A stretch of 63,763 nt of DNA, filler included, from a bacterium (GTDB taxonomy: Bacteria; JADJOY01), in the NCBI GenBank assembly GCA_046331705.1. It is 4 parts of 4 records of this genome, joined end to end, with 100 filler letters (N's around TTAATTAATTAA, not from the genome) between each part and the next. Parts side by side here need not be neighbours in the genome. Positions count along the whole stretch, not along the records: positions 1 to 21,033 come from JAXLQJ010000088.1; 3 more parts are not named here. One strand, 5' to 3'. A model generated the notes under the pieces. That model worked only from the letters and a program-made list of their open reading frames with translations. It had not been told where the DNA came from and ran no database searches. Below are positions 8,789 to 17,144 of this stretch, piece by piece (position 1 is the first letter of the stretch; every line of letters starts with the position of its first letter). Position numbers and translations under genes: made by a program.

Positions 8789-10510
8789 TTGAAACCCCAT
8801 CACCGCTTCCGCTGGATGCTCTCCCCGTGGCTGACGATTCCGCTCTTGCTCGTCTGTGCGACTCCGCTGCGCGCCGCGGTGCTCCTGAGCCAGAACTTCG
8901 AGTCCGGCTCACCTCCCAGCGGCTGGACGCGAACCCAGACGGTCCCGTCCGTCGGTTGGGAATTCGGCACGGCGCTGGGCTCGACCTACTTTGCGATCGG
9001 ATCCCACACCCGCTACGCGGCGTCGAACGACGACGCGCACGACGACTCCACCCACAACGCCAACAAAGCCGACAAGGATCGGCTCATCACGCCGGAGGTC
9101 GATCTCACGCCCTATGCCGGCCTCACCGTGCTTCTCACCTTCGACTACGTCCAACCGTCGACCTACGGCTCGACGGGCGACGTCGAGTTCACGATCAACG
9201 GCGGTTCGTTCTGGACGACGATCACCACCGTCACGCCGTCGACGAACTGGACCCAAGCCACGGTTCCGCTCAGCGATCACACCGACGCCTCGACCCTACA
9301 GATCGCTTTTCGTCACAACGACCACGGAGGATGGGCCGACGGCTTCGCCATCGACAACGTGCTGATCCAGACGCTGGCGCGCGACGTCGAGCTCGCCGCG
9401 ATCACCAACCCCAGCCACGTGGTCCTCGGCAGCAACTCGATCCTCGCGCACGTGACCAACCGAGGAACCACGCCGGTCACATCCCTGGCCTTCTCGTACC
9501 GGGTGAACGGCGGTGGTGCGGTCAACGGCACGGTCAGCGGGCTCAACATTCCTGCGGGTCAGAGCGCCACGATCACGCACCCGATCCCCTACAACTTCGC
9601 GAGCTACGGCGACTACGCCGTCACGGCCACCGTGACCGGCGTGAACGGCCAATCCGACCTCAACTCGGCGAACGACCAGGCGTCCGCCACGATCTCGACT
9701 GCGTCGCAGCTCGCACGCAAGCGCGTCGTGCTCGAGCAGTACACGGGGGCGTGGTGCCAGTTCTGCCCGGATGGCACGGTGTACTGGAACGACGCCCGTG
9801 CCATGGCGCGGGAGGTGATCGGGGTTTCCGTGCACAACGCCGATGCGATGGACATCCCGGACGGCGACACCGTCACCAATGCGTTCGCCTTCTCTTTCCC
9901 CGAGGGGAGCGTCGACCGCCGCCTGTTACCAGACGAGCCCTCGGTCGCCTTCACCCGCGGGCAGTGGCTGAACCGAATCGCCGAGAGTCTCGCCGACACC
10001 TCGGCGGCCAAGGTGGAGATCACGAACGTCGGCTTCAACGCCGGCACCCGCCAGATCTCGGGCACGGTGTCGGTCGAGTTCTTCGGTGACGACAGCGGCG
10101 ATCTACGCCTCAACCTGTGGGTCTTGGAAGACGGCGTCGTGGGCGTCGGCAACGGATACGATCAGGCGAACTTCTACAACACCCAGGTCGGACACCCGTT
10201 CTACGGGGCGGGAAACCCGATCATCGGCTTCGTGCACGACGGCGTCGTTCGCGCGATGCTCGGCGGCGCCTGGGGCACGGCGGGTGTCATCCCCAACGGC
10301 GTGCAGCACGGCCACACCTATCAGCAGTCGTACCAGTACGTGCTGCCCGCGGGGTACGACTACCAGAAGATCCGCCTCGTGGGCGTGCTGCAACGCTACG
10401 GCGCGACCGCAACGGACCGGGAGATCGTCAACGCGATGCAAACCGGTCTCTTCGACATCTTCGCCGACGACTTCGAGGACGGAAACGTGAACGCGTGGTC
10501 GAACTACTGA
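8789..10510 (+). CDS. Secreted Omp28-related protein (choice-of-anchor J/MAM-like jelly roll, CARDB-like Ig, thioredoxin-fold Omp28 domain)
   Basis: TTG start after AGGAGA; signal peptide ending PLRA; RLITPEVDL and FAIDNV; KRVVLEQYTGAWCQFCPDG (CxxC); HDGVVRAMLGGAWG; C-terminal DIFADDFEDGNVNAWS. Confidence 0.8.
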   Translation: MKPHHRFRWMLSPWLTIPLLLVCATPLRAAVLLSQNFESGSPPSGWTRTQTVPSVGWEFGTALGSTYFAIGSHTRYAASNDDAHDDSTHNANKADKDRLITPEVDLTPYAGLTVLLTFDYVQPSTYGSTGDVEFTINGGSFWTTITTVTPSTNWTQATVPLSDHTDASTLQIAFRHNDHGGWADGFAIDNVLIQTLARDVELAAITNPSHVVLGSNSILAHVTNRGTTPVTSLAFSYRVNGGGAVNGTVSGLNIPAGQSATITHPIPYNFASYGDYAVTATVTGVNGQSDLNSANDQASATISTASQLARKRVVLEQYTGAWCQFCPDGTVYWNDARAMAREVIGVSVHNADAMDIPDGDTVTNAFAFSFPEGSVDRRLLPDEPSVAFTRGQWLNRIAESLADTSAAKVEITNVGFNAGTRQISGTVSVEFFGDDSGDLRLNLWVLEDGVVGVGNGYDQANFYNTQVGHPFYGAGNPIIGFVHDGVVRAMLGGAWGTAGVIPNGVQHGHTYQQSYQYVLPAGYDYQKIRLVGVLQRYGATATDREIVNAMQTGLFDIFADDFEDGNVNAWSNY

Positions 10511-10607
10511 CCGCGGCGCTCCCGCCACGGTTTGCGGCTCGCGCCTCGCGGCGGTTAGGGTCGGAGCGCTGCGGTTTCGGGCTGGCCGTTGCCGCCGCAG
10601 CTCGTCC

Positions 10608-11009
10608 ATGACCCGCCACCGTCGATCGTCGTTCCCTCGCGTCCCGCTCGCGGGATTGCTGGCGCTGCTGGTTATCGCGTCGAGCGTACGCGCCGACGCC
10701 GGGTGGCGCGACTTCTCGAGGCAGGCCTCGAACGGCGGCGAGCTCACCGCCACCCGCGATCGCGACGACGCGCGCGCTACGGACTCGCTGCGCGCGGGCA
10801 CGACCTCGACCGAGCTCGCCTGCGAGGCGCTCCGCAACGCGCGCTCGCGTCACTCCCTCGACACCACGCACGCGCCGCCACCGGCGCGCGCCGATACCGC
10901 GAGCCACCACTCGGTGGCGCCCATCCGGCTCGCGGTCAGCACCGCGGGATCGGCCACCCTCACCCGCGCTTCGCCCGCCTCGCCCCGCGCACCACCGTTC
11001 GCCGACTGA
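10608..11009 (+). CDS. Small signal-peptide ORF ending in RAPP; candidate ribosome-arrest leader peptide
   Basis: Basic N-terminus, hydrophobic LAGLLALLVIA, ADA cleavage-like site, C-terminal SPRAPPFAD-stop. No obvious RBS. Confidence 0.5.
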   Translation: MTRHRRSSFPRVPLAGLLALLVIASSVRADAGWRDFSRQASNGGELTATRDRDDARATDSLRAGTTSTELACEALRNARSRHSLDTTHAPPPARADTASHHSVAPIRLAVSTAGSATLTRASPASPRAPPFAD

Positions 11010-11213
11010 GCCTGCGCCGCTCGCGCAGGACCTAGCTCGACGCCCGCCGCCGTGGAGGTTCCACGGCGCCGGGTTCGCGTTCGCGCGGGCAGTCGGCCCG
11101 CACCAGCGCGACCTGGCGATCTCCGCATCGCGTCGTCGCAACCTCGGTGCGCGCGCGTTTCGCCGCCACCGATCCATCCACCCTCGACTCACACGACTGG
11201 CACGAGGAAACCC

Positions 11214-11411
11214 ATGTCCACTCCCGAATCCAACCAGCACGATCTCGACGATCTCGAGACACCCACCCCAGCGGAAGCGACGGGCGCCCCCACTTCCAAC
11301 GGCGGCGGCGTGAAGGCATCGATGCGCGTCGCCGGGCTCGTCGCGCTCTCGACGGCCGCCGTGATCGTCCTCGGGAAGCTCGCCGAGCTTCTCGTCGGCC
11401 CGAGGCCGTGA
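11214..11411 (+). CDS. 65-aa peptide with acidic N-terminal half and hydrophobic C-terminal helix; candidate precursor peptide
   Basis: GAGGAAA RBS before ATG; stop overlaps the next start (GTGA). Sequence MSTPESNQHDLDDLETPTPAEATGAPTSNGGGVKASMRVAGLVALSTAAVIVLGKLAELLVGPRP. Confidence 0.7.
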   Translation: MSTPESNQHDLDDLETPTPAEATGAPTSNGGGVKASMRVAGLVALSTAAVIVLGKLAELLVGPRP

Positions 11412-13729
11412 GCACGCGATCCACGAGACGCGCGTCCGCCGGGCCGCGTCTCCATCCCGACGTGGAGATCCTCCGCGTCGGTCCCCGATCGTTCCTGCTG
11501 CGCGATGCCCGAACCGCGCATTCGTTCCAGCTCGGCGCGGTGGAGCGCCAGATGCTGCGTGCGATCGAGGAGACCGAGACTCCCGCGGCCGCGGCACAGG
11601 CTTGCGCCCAAGCCACGGGCAGACCCGTCTCGGCGCACATGGTTCGAGAGCTCGTCGAGCAACTCCGCACGGCGGGGTTGCTCGATCTCGACGGCGCCAC
11701 CGAAGCCCTGGTCGCGCCCGCTCTCGCGCACGAGGACGGCGACGCGCGCGCCCGCTCTCCGTGGGTCGCGCGCTGGAACGCGCTCTTCGGCGTGGGCGCC
11801 ATCGCCTTCGGGTGGGCGATCCACCCCGCCACGGTCGCGGCCGTGGCCGTGCTCGGCGCGGTCGGCGCCACCGCGGTGGTGCGCGGTCTCGACCGCTACC
11901 TGAGCGAGCTGAGCACGCTCTTCGATCGCGTGCCGCTGGTGTTGCTGGCAGCGCTCTCGCTCGCGAAGACCTTCTTCTTGGTCAACGTGCCGCGCGAAGC
12001 CGCCGTGGGTGTCGCCTGCAGGAAACACGGAGTGTGGGTGCGCGGCTTCCGCATCCACTGGATCCTCGGGCTCGTTCCCTTCATCCACTGCGAGCTGGGT
12101 GACGGCGTGGCGCGCCTCGCGGGCAGGGCGAGATGGCTCACGCTGACTGCGGGCCTGGTGTGCCAGTCGGGGATCGCCGCCGTCGCCGCGATCGGCTGGG
12201 CGATGACCCATCCGCGCTCGGACCTGAGCACCTTCTGGCTCCTCCTCTTGCCGGCGTGCCTGGCGCACCTGGCGCTGCACGCGTTCGTCTTCCTGCGCTT
12301 CGACTGCTATCGACTGCTCTGTGCGGCCGTGGGCGACTGGCGGCTGCGCGAGCGCGCGCTCGCCGAGACGCACGCATGGCTGGGACGGCGAGTCTCACCC
12401 GAGCCGCTGACGCGCCGCGAGCGCACCTGGCTGCGAGCGTACGGCCTCGGCCACCACGTGTTCGTGTGGGGCGGCGGCGCAGCCCTGCTCGTCGCCGTGC
12501 TGGTGTGGCTCGAATCGCGCATGGGGCCGAACGGTCTGCTCGTGGCCTTGGCGATCGGGCTCTGGGGCTATCGCCGCGAGCTCGGCCGCTGGTTGGTCGG
12601 GACACTCCCGTGGCGGTGGCTGGAACGACGGATCGGCGCGCTCGCCACCCGAGCGTTCGCGTGTGCCGCCGCCGCTCTGATCGCGATCGCGGGCCTGCTC
12701 TGGCCCTATCCCCTCGAGGTATCCGGCCCGTGCCAAGTCGTGAGCAGCGACCTCGCCGCGGTCCGAGCGACCGTCGCCGGCAGCGTCGCCGAGGTGGCGG
12801 TGCGCACGGGCGATCACGTGGATCGAGGTGCCGTGCTGGTGCGCCTCGACGAACCACCGCTCGCGCGCGAGCTGGGTGAGGCGCGGGCGACGCTGGCCCA
12901 CGAACGGGCGCGGCTCGCTCGAGCCGAGGCCGGTCCGCGGGCGGAAGACCTCGCGGTGGCCGAGGCCGAGGCACGCAGCGCACGCGCCGATCTCGCGCTC
13001 GCCGAGAGCCGCCTCGCACGCGCCGAGCAGCTCGCGTCCGCGCGTGCCACCACGGATCGCGAGGTCGCCGAGACGCGACGTCGTCGCGAGGCCGCGCTTC
13101 ACGCCGCGCGCATCCAAGAGCTCGAGCTCGCGGCACTTCGCTCCGGCTCACGCCCGGAAACGGTCGCTGCGGCGCGCGCCGACGTGGAGCGCTGGGCGGT
13201 GCGCGTGGCGCAGCTCGAGGACCAAGCCGCGCGACTCACGATTCGCGCGCCACACGCGGGGCGGGTGGTGAGCACGGACGTGGAATCGCGCCTCGGTCAA
13301 CGCGCCGACCGCGGTGATCTGCTGGTCCGCCTCGAGCGCGACGATCCCTCCCTGGTGGAGGTCGCCGCCGCCGAGGAAGCCATCGTCCGCGTCGAGGACG
13401 GCATGCCCGCGACGATCCGGCTGGTGGGGCTCGACGGTCACGCGCTCGCCGGCCGCGTCGTCCACGTCGCCAGCGCCACCGAGTCCTTGGCGCGGATCCG
13501 CGTACCGCGCTATCGCACCGAGCGCGAGGCCTTCCGGGAGTCCGCGCACGGCGATCGAGCTGCGCGGCACGTGCGCGTGATCGTGCGCCTCGACGACTCC
13601 GCTCGCCTGCTCGGGCCCGGTCTCACGGGCTTCGCCCGCATCCACGTCGCCCCCGATCGGCTCTACGCGGCGCTCGGGCGCGCCGTGCTCGGCTATCTCC
13701 GGACCGACGTCTGGTCGTGGTTGCCGTGA
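11408..13729 (+). CDS. PqqD/RRE-like domain + degenerate M50 (site-2 protease)-like membrane domain + HlyD membrane-fusion domain
   Basis: N-terminal FLLRDARTAHSFQL...VRELVEQLRTAGLL; multi-TM middle with PREAAVGVACRKHG and FLRFDCY; C-terminal VRATVAGSVAEVAVRTGDHVDRGAVL, coiled coil, LTIRAPHAGRVV, LGPGLTGFARI. Confidence 0.8.
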   Translation: MSTRSTRRASAGPRLHPDVEILRVGPRSFLLRDARTAHSFQLGAVERQMLRAIEETETPAAAAQACAQATGRPVSAHMVRELVEQLRTAGLLDLDGATEALVAPALAHEDGDARARSPWVARWNALFGVGAIAFGWAIHPATVAAVAVLGAVGATAVVRGLDRYLSELSTLFDRVPLVLLAALSLAKTFFLVNVPREAAVGVACRKHGVWVRGFRIHWILGLVPFIHCELGDGVARLAGRARWLTLTAGLVCQSGIAAVAAIGWAMTHPRSDLSTFWLLLLPACLAHLALHAFVFLRFDCYRLLCAAVGDWRLRERALAETHAWLGRRVSPEPLTRRERTWLRAYGLGHHVFVWGGGAALLVAVLVWLESRMGPNGLLVALAIGLWGYRRELGRWLVGTLPWRWLERRIGALATRAFACAAAALIAIAGLLWPYPLEVSGPCQVVSSDLAAVRATVAGSVAEVAVRTGDHVDRGAVLVRLDEPPLARELGEARATLAHERARLARAEAGPRAEDLAVAEAEARSARADLALAESRLARAEQLASARATTDREVAETRRRREAALHAARIQELELAALRSGSRPETVAAARADVERWAVRVAQLEDQAARLTIRAPHAGRVVSTDVESRLGQRADRGDLLVRLERDDPSLVEVAAAEEAIVRVEDGMPATIRLVGLDGHALAGRVVHVASATESLARIRVPRYRTEREAFRESAHGDRAARHVRVIVRLDDSARLLGPGLTGFARIHVAPDRLYAALGRAVLGYLRTDVWSWLP

Positions 13730-13792
13730 GTGGCGCGCGGCGCTCGCCAAGCGGAGCCGAGCGCTCACCGCTGGCGAACGGCGCGCGAGCCA

Positions 13793-14392
13793 TCACACCT
13801 GCGATGGATCCGGTTCGTGGCGCACCGGCGGAAGGTAGCCGGGATCGACTCGGTACGCCTCGATCGCTCGCGCGAACGCGGTGAGCGCGCGCACGATGAC
13901 GGGTGCAGCGTCGGGATGCGCTGCAATCCCCTGCGCATCGAGGGTGGTGGAACGCAGCGAGACCGTGATCGAGGCCTCGTCCACGAGTCGGCACGACATC
14001 GTCCGCAAGGTCTCCACGAGGGAAGCCACGGCGTGGACCGAGGACGGTGACGCGTGGAAGATCGCGCACGGCTTGTGGGTGATCTCGCATCCTCCCACCA
14101 GCCAATCGAGCGCGTTCTTGAGCGATCCGGGCAGGCCGCGCGCGTACTCGGGCGTCGAGAAGAGCAGGCCGTCGGCGCCGTGGACCGCTCGACGGAGGCG
14201 ATCCACCGCCGGCCAATCGTCGCGTTCGCGATCGGGGTTGAAGTGCGGCAGCTCACCCAGCTCGTCGTAGCGCTCGATCGTCATCCCTGCGGGCGCCAGC
14301 AACGCCGCCGCTTCGAGAAGCGCGGTGTTCGAGGACGCGCGGCGCAAGCTGCCCGAGATCGCGAGCACGCGCAGCGGCGGGGCGTCATTCAT
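13793..14392 (-). CDS. NADPH-dependent FMN reductase (ChrR/SsuE-like)
   Basis: LAISGSLRRASSN, LPHFNPD, STPEYARGLPGSLKNALDW. Confidence 0.93.
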   Translation of the reverse strand: MNDAPPLRVLAISGSLRRASSNTALLEAAALLAPAGMTIERYDELGELPHFNPDRERDDWPAVDRLRRAVHGADGLLFSTPEYARGLPGSLKNALDWLVGGCEITHKPCAIFHASPSSVHAVASLVETLRTMSCRLVDEASITVSLRSTTLDAQGIAAHPDAAPVIVRALTAFARAIEAYRVDPGYLPPVRHEPDPSQV

Positions 14393-14819
14393 CGCCGGGC
14401 TGCCAGGGGCGCTCACGTCGTCGCCGCGCGTGGCGGTGAACGCCGTCGGCGATCAGCGGCGCCAGCGCGAGCACCGTCATGCCGATCGGCAGCAAGCCGC
14501 CGTGGGCGAGGTCGTAATCCGCCAGGATCCGTTCCCAGGGCTGTTTCGCCACCCAGCGCCCGAACGTGATCTCGAAGGTGAGCATTCCCACGAGCCACGC
14601 CGCACCGACACGCAGCAGCTCGCGTGTCGAGCGCGCGCCGATCCAGCGAATCGAGGCGTAGGCGATCGCGAGGATCAACGCCGATCCGGTGAAGACCGCG
14701 ATCTGCCGCGCGCGAACGTCGCCGACGCGCGGCGCGAGCAACAGCGTCCGCGCGATGCCGTGCGCGGTCTCGGCAACCACCAGGCCGAGCCAAACGGTGG
14801 CGACACGCCTCCAGCGCAC
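14385..14819 (-). CDS. Hypothetical membrane protein (about 4 TM)
   Basis: GTG start 7 nt after GGAGG; hydrophobic segments; stop overlaps the FMN reductase start. Confidence 0.7.
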   Translation of the reverse strand: MRWRRVATVWLGLVVAETAHGIARTLLLAPRVGDVRARQIAVFTGSALILAIAYASIRWIGARSTRELLRVGAAWLVGMLTFEITFGRWVAKQPWERILADYDLAHGGLLPIGMTVLALAPLIADGVHRHARRRRERPWQPGDE

Positions 14820-14966
14820 GCTCAAGCCTCCGCCATGCGCGGTGCAACCCGATCCACGTCCCGTCCCGACCTGCGCGCGTGCTTGAAACGGATGCGCGCG
14901 CAACCCGACGGAAGGTAGGAGAGAACCGCGACACCGCGCCCCCGCGCGGCGAGAGGGACGATACCC

Positions 14967-15362
14967 ATGCTCGGAATCTGGTCAGCGCACACGCCGGTCT
15001 TCCTGGTGCTGCTCGCGATCGGCACGCTCGCGACCCTCGGCCTGCCGATGTGGGTGAGCCCGCTCGGCTGGGCGCGCGTTCTCGGCTGGTGGATCCCGGA
15101 AGACACGCGCCTGGCGACCTACTTCGGCCGTTGCCTCGCCAGCGTGATCTGCATGCTGTGCTGGGGCGCCCTGCGCGCGGCGACACACCCGGCGGAGGCG
15201 CCGCTCTTCTTCGACCTGCTCACGGGATCGTCGGCGCTGATGATCGGGATTCACCTCCACGGCGCGGTGCGCCGCGTCCAACCACGCGCCGAAACCCACG
15301 AGACGCTCGCGTCGGCGGCGCTGCTCTTCGCCACGGTCGTCTTCCGGCCAGCGCTCGGCTGA
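14967..15362 (+). CDS. Hypothetical membrane protein (about 4 TM)
   Basis: GAGGGA RBS, four hydrophobic segments, coding-like codon pattern. Confidence 0.7.
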   Translation: MLGIWSAHTPVFLVLLAIGTLATLGLPMWVSPLGWARVLGWWIPEDTRLATYFGRCLASVICMLCWGALRAATHPAEAPLFFDLLTGSSALMIGIHLHGAVRRVQPRAETHETLASAALLFATVVFRPALG

Positions 15363-15417
15363 CGCGACGCGATACCGGCTTTCCATCGTCCTGCCCCCGC
15401 GCCGGGCACGGTCCCTG

Positions 15418-16290
15418 TCAGCGGAACGCGGCGAGGTACTCGTCGGCGAAGCGCCGAATGCCGTCCTGCTTGGCCGTCACCGGTTCGTCCGGGGCGACAC
15501 CCGCGAACATCCACGGCGCGGTGATGAAGTCGGTCACGCCTGCCTCCGCGAGCCGTTTCATGCCGTCGAGGTCGAAGACGTCGGTGCACGCGACCTGGAT
15601 CTCGTACGGCTCGTGCTCGCGGCCGAGCTCCTTGCGAAGCGCGGCGAGCTCGCGGATGTAGCCGCGGATCTCCTCCTCGGTGGCCATCGCCGCGCACCAG
15701 CCATCGCCGAGGCGCGCGGCGCGCTTGAGCGCCGGCTTCGAATGGCCGCCCACGTAGATGGGCACTGGCGCGGTGGGGGCCGGGCTCATCTGCAGCCGAT
15801 CGAAGTCGTAGTGCTTGCCGTGGTACTCGACCATTCCGCCGGCGAGCAGCAAGCGAATGATCTCGATCGCCTCGTTGGCGCGCGGTCCGCGGCTCGCGTA
15901 GTCGGTGCCGCACCACGCGAATTCCTCGGGGATCCAGCCCAACCCCACGCCCAGCCCCACGCGGTTGCCCGAGAGCACCGCGGCCGAGCCCACCGTCTTC
16001 GCCACCAGCAGCGGGTTGCGAATCGCGAGCTTGAGCACGTGCGTGTAGAAGCGGATCCGCGTGGTGACCGCCGCCATCGCGGGGATCGCCACCCACGGCT
16101 CGAGCCAAGGCGTTTCCGCGTCCCAGAAGCGGCTACCGTCGGCCGTGTAGAGGTAATCGGCGGAAACCTTCTCCGGATAGAAGACCGAGTCGGGCAGCGC
16201 GATGGAATCGATGCCGCACTCGTCCGCGGTGCGCGCCAGCGGCAGGTATTGCTCGGGCGGGGTGAGAGCCAGCGCCATGGTGAATTTCAT
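15418..16290 (-). CDS. LLM-class (luciferase-like) oxidoreductase, probably F420-dependent
   Basis: PDSVFYP, LEPWVAIPAMAAVTTRIRF, RNPLLVAK, LGVGLGWIPEEF, PIYVGGHSKPALKRAARLGDGW. GGAGA RBS before ATG at 16290. Confidence 0.9.
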   Translation of the reverse strand: MKFTMALALTPPEQYLPLARTADECGIDSIALPDSVFYPEKVSADYLYTADGSRFWDAETPWLEPWVAIPAMAAVTTRIRFYTHVLKLAIRNPLLVAKTVGSAAVLSGNRVGLGVGLGWIPEEFAWCGTDYASRGPRANEAIEIIRLLLAGGMVEYHGKHYDFDRLQMSPAPTAPVPIYVGGHSKPALKRAARLGDGWCAAMATEEEIRGYIRELAALRKELGREHEPYEIQVACTDVFDLDGMKRLAEAGVTDFITAPWMFAGVAPDEPVTAKQDGIRRFADEYLAAFR

Positions 16291-16385
16291 CGATCGTCTC
16301 CGTGGGTGTGCGCGCCCCCTCATCCGCTCGTCGCGCCGCCGCGTAAGGGAGGTCGAAGGCCGTCGTCGTCGCGCGAGGCTATGCC

Positions 16386-17144
16386 ATGAAGCGCTCGTAC
16401 CTGGAAAGCTCGTTTCGCGAGCCCCACCCACGCTGCGGCTTCCGCTGCGTCGAGCTCGTGGCGATCGCCGCGTTCGCCGTCCTCGAGACCACGCTCGTGA
16501 CGCGCCTCGCGCTCGACTCGGCGGGGCATGGCGTCACGCTGGCGCTGGCGGTCACGCTCGCGCTCGTGGGCATCGACTTCCTGTCGGGGCTCGTGCACTG
16601 GGCGGCGGATACGTGGGGCACTCCCGAATGGCCGCTGGTCGGGCGTACGCTCATCGCGCCGTTTCGCGAGCACCACGAGGACCCGCTGGCGATCACCCGC
16701 CACGACTTCGTCGAGACCAACGGTTCGAGCATGCTGGTGGCGCTGCCGGCGATGCTGCTCGCGGCAGCGGTTCCGCTCGAGCGGCTGGGAGAGGCGGCGC
16801 GGCTGGGGGTCGCCACCGTCACGTTCCTCGCCGCCGGCGCGGTGCTCACGAATCAGGCGCACAAGTGGAGCCACACGGCGCGCCGTCCCTCTTGGGTGGT
16901 CGCGTTGCAGCGTGCGGGCCTGCTGGTGTCGCGCGAGCACCACGCGGTCCACCATCGCGCGCCCCACACACGCGCGTACTGCATCACCTTCGGCTGGCTG
17001 AACCCGATCCTCGATCGCGTCCGTTTCTTCCCGGTGCTGGAATCGTGGATCCAGGCGATGACCGGCGCCGTGCCCCGCGCCGACGATCGCGCCCACCGCC
17101 ACGAGCGGCGCGCCGCGCGACGCGCGCTCAGCGCGACACGATGA
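16386..17144 (+). CDS. carF: CarF/TMEM189 (PEDS1) family lipid desaturase
   Basis: DFLSGLVHWAADTWG, PFREHHEDP, RHDFVETNG, NQAHKWSH, HHAVHHRAPH, YCITFGWLN. Confidence 0.85.
   Translation: MKRSYLESSFREPHPRCGFRCVELVAIAAFAVLETTLVTRLALDSAGHGVTLALAVTLALVGIDFLSGLVHWAADTWGTPEWPLVGRTLIAPFREHHEDPLAITRHDFVETNGSSMLVALPAMLLAAAVPLERLGEAARLGVATVTFLAAGAVLTNQAHKWSHTARRPSWVVALQRAGLLVSREHHAVHHRAPHTRAYCITFGWLNPILDRVRFFPVLESWIQAMTGAVPRADDRAHRHERRAARRALSATR

Noticed and set aside
11214-13729. Calling the peptide locus a daptide or classical double-glycine bacteriocin cluster
   Set aside because: No C-terminal Thr, no adjacent dehydrogenase/aminotransferase/methyltransferase set and no C39-peptidase ABC transporter; kept only as an unclassified candidate.
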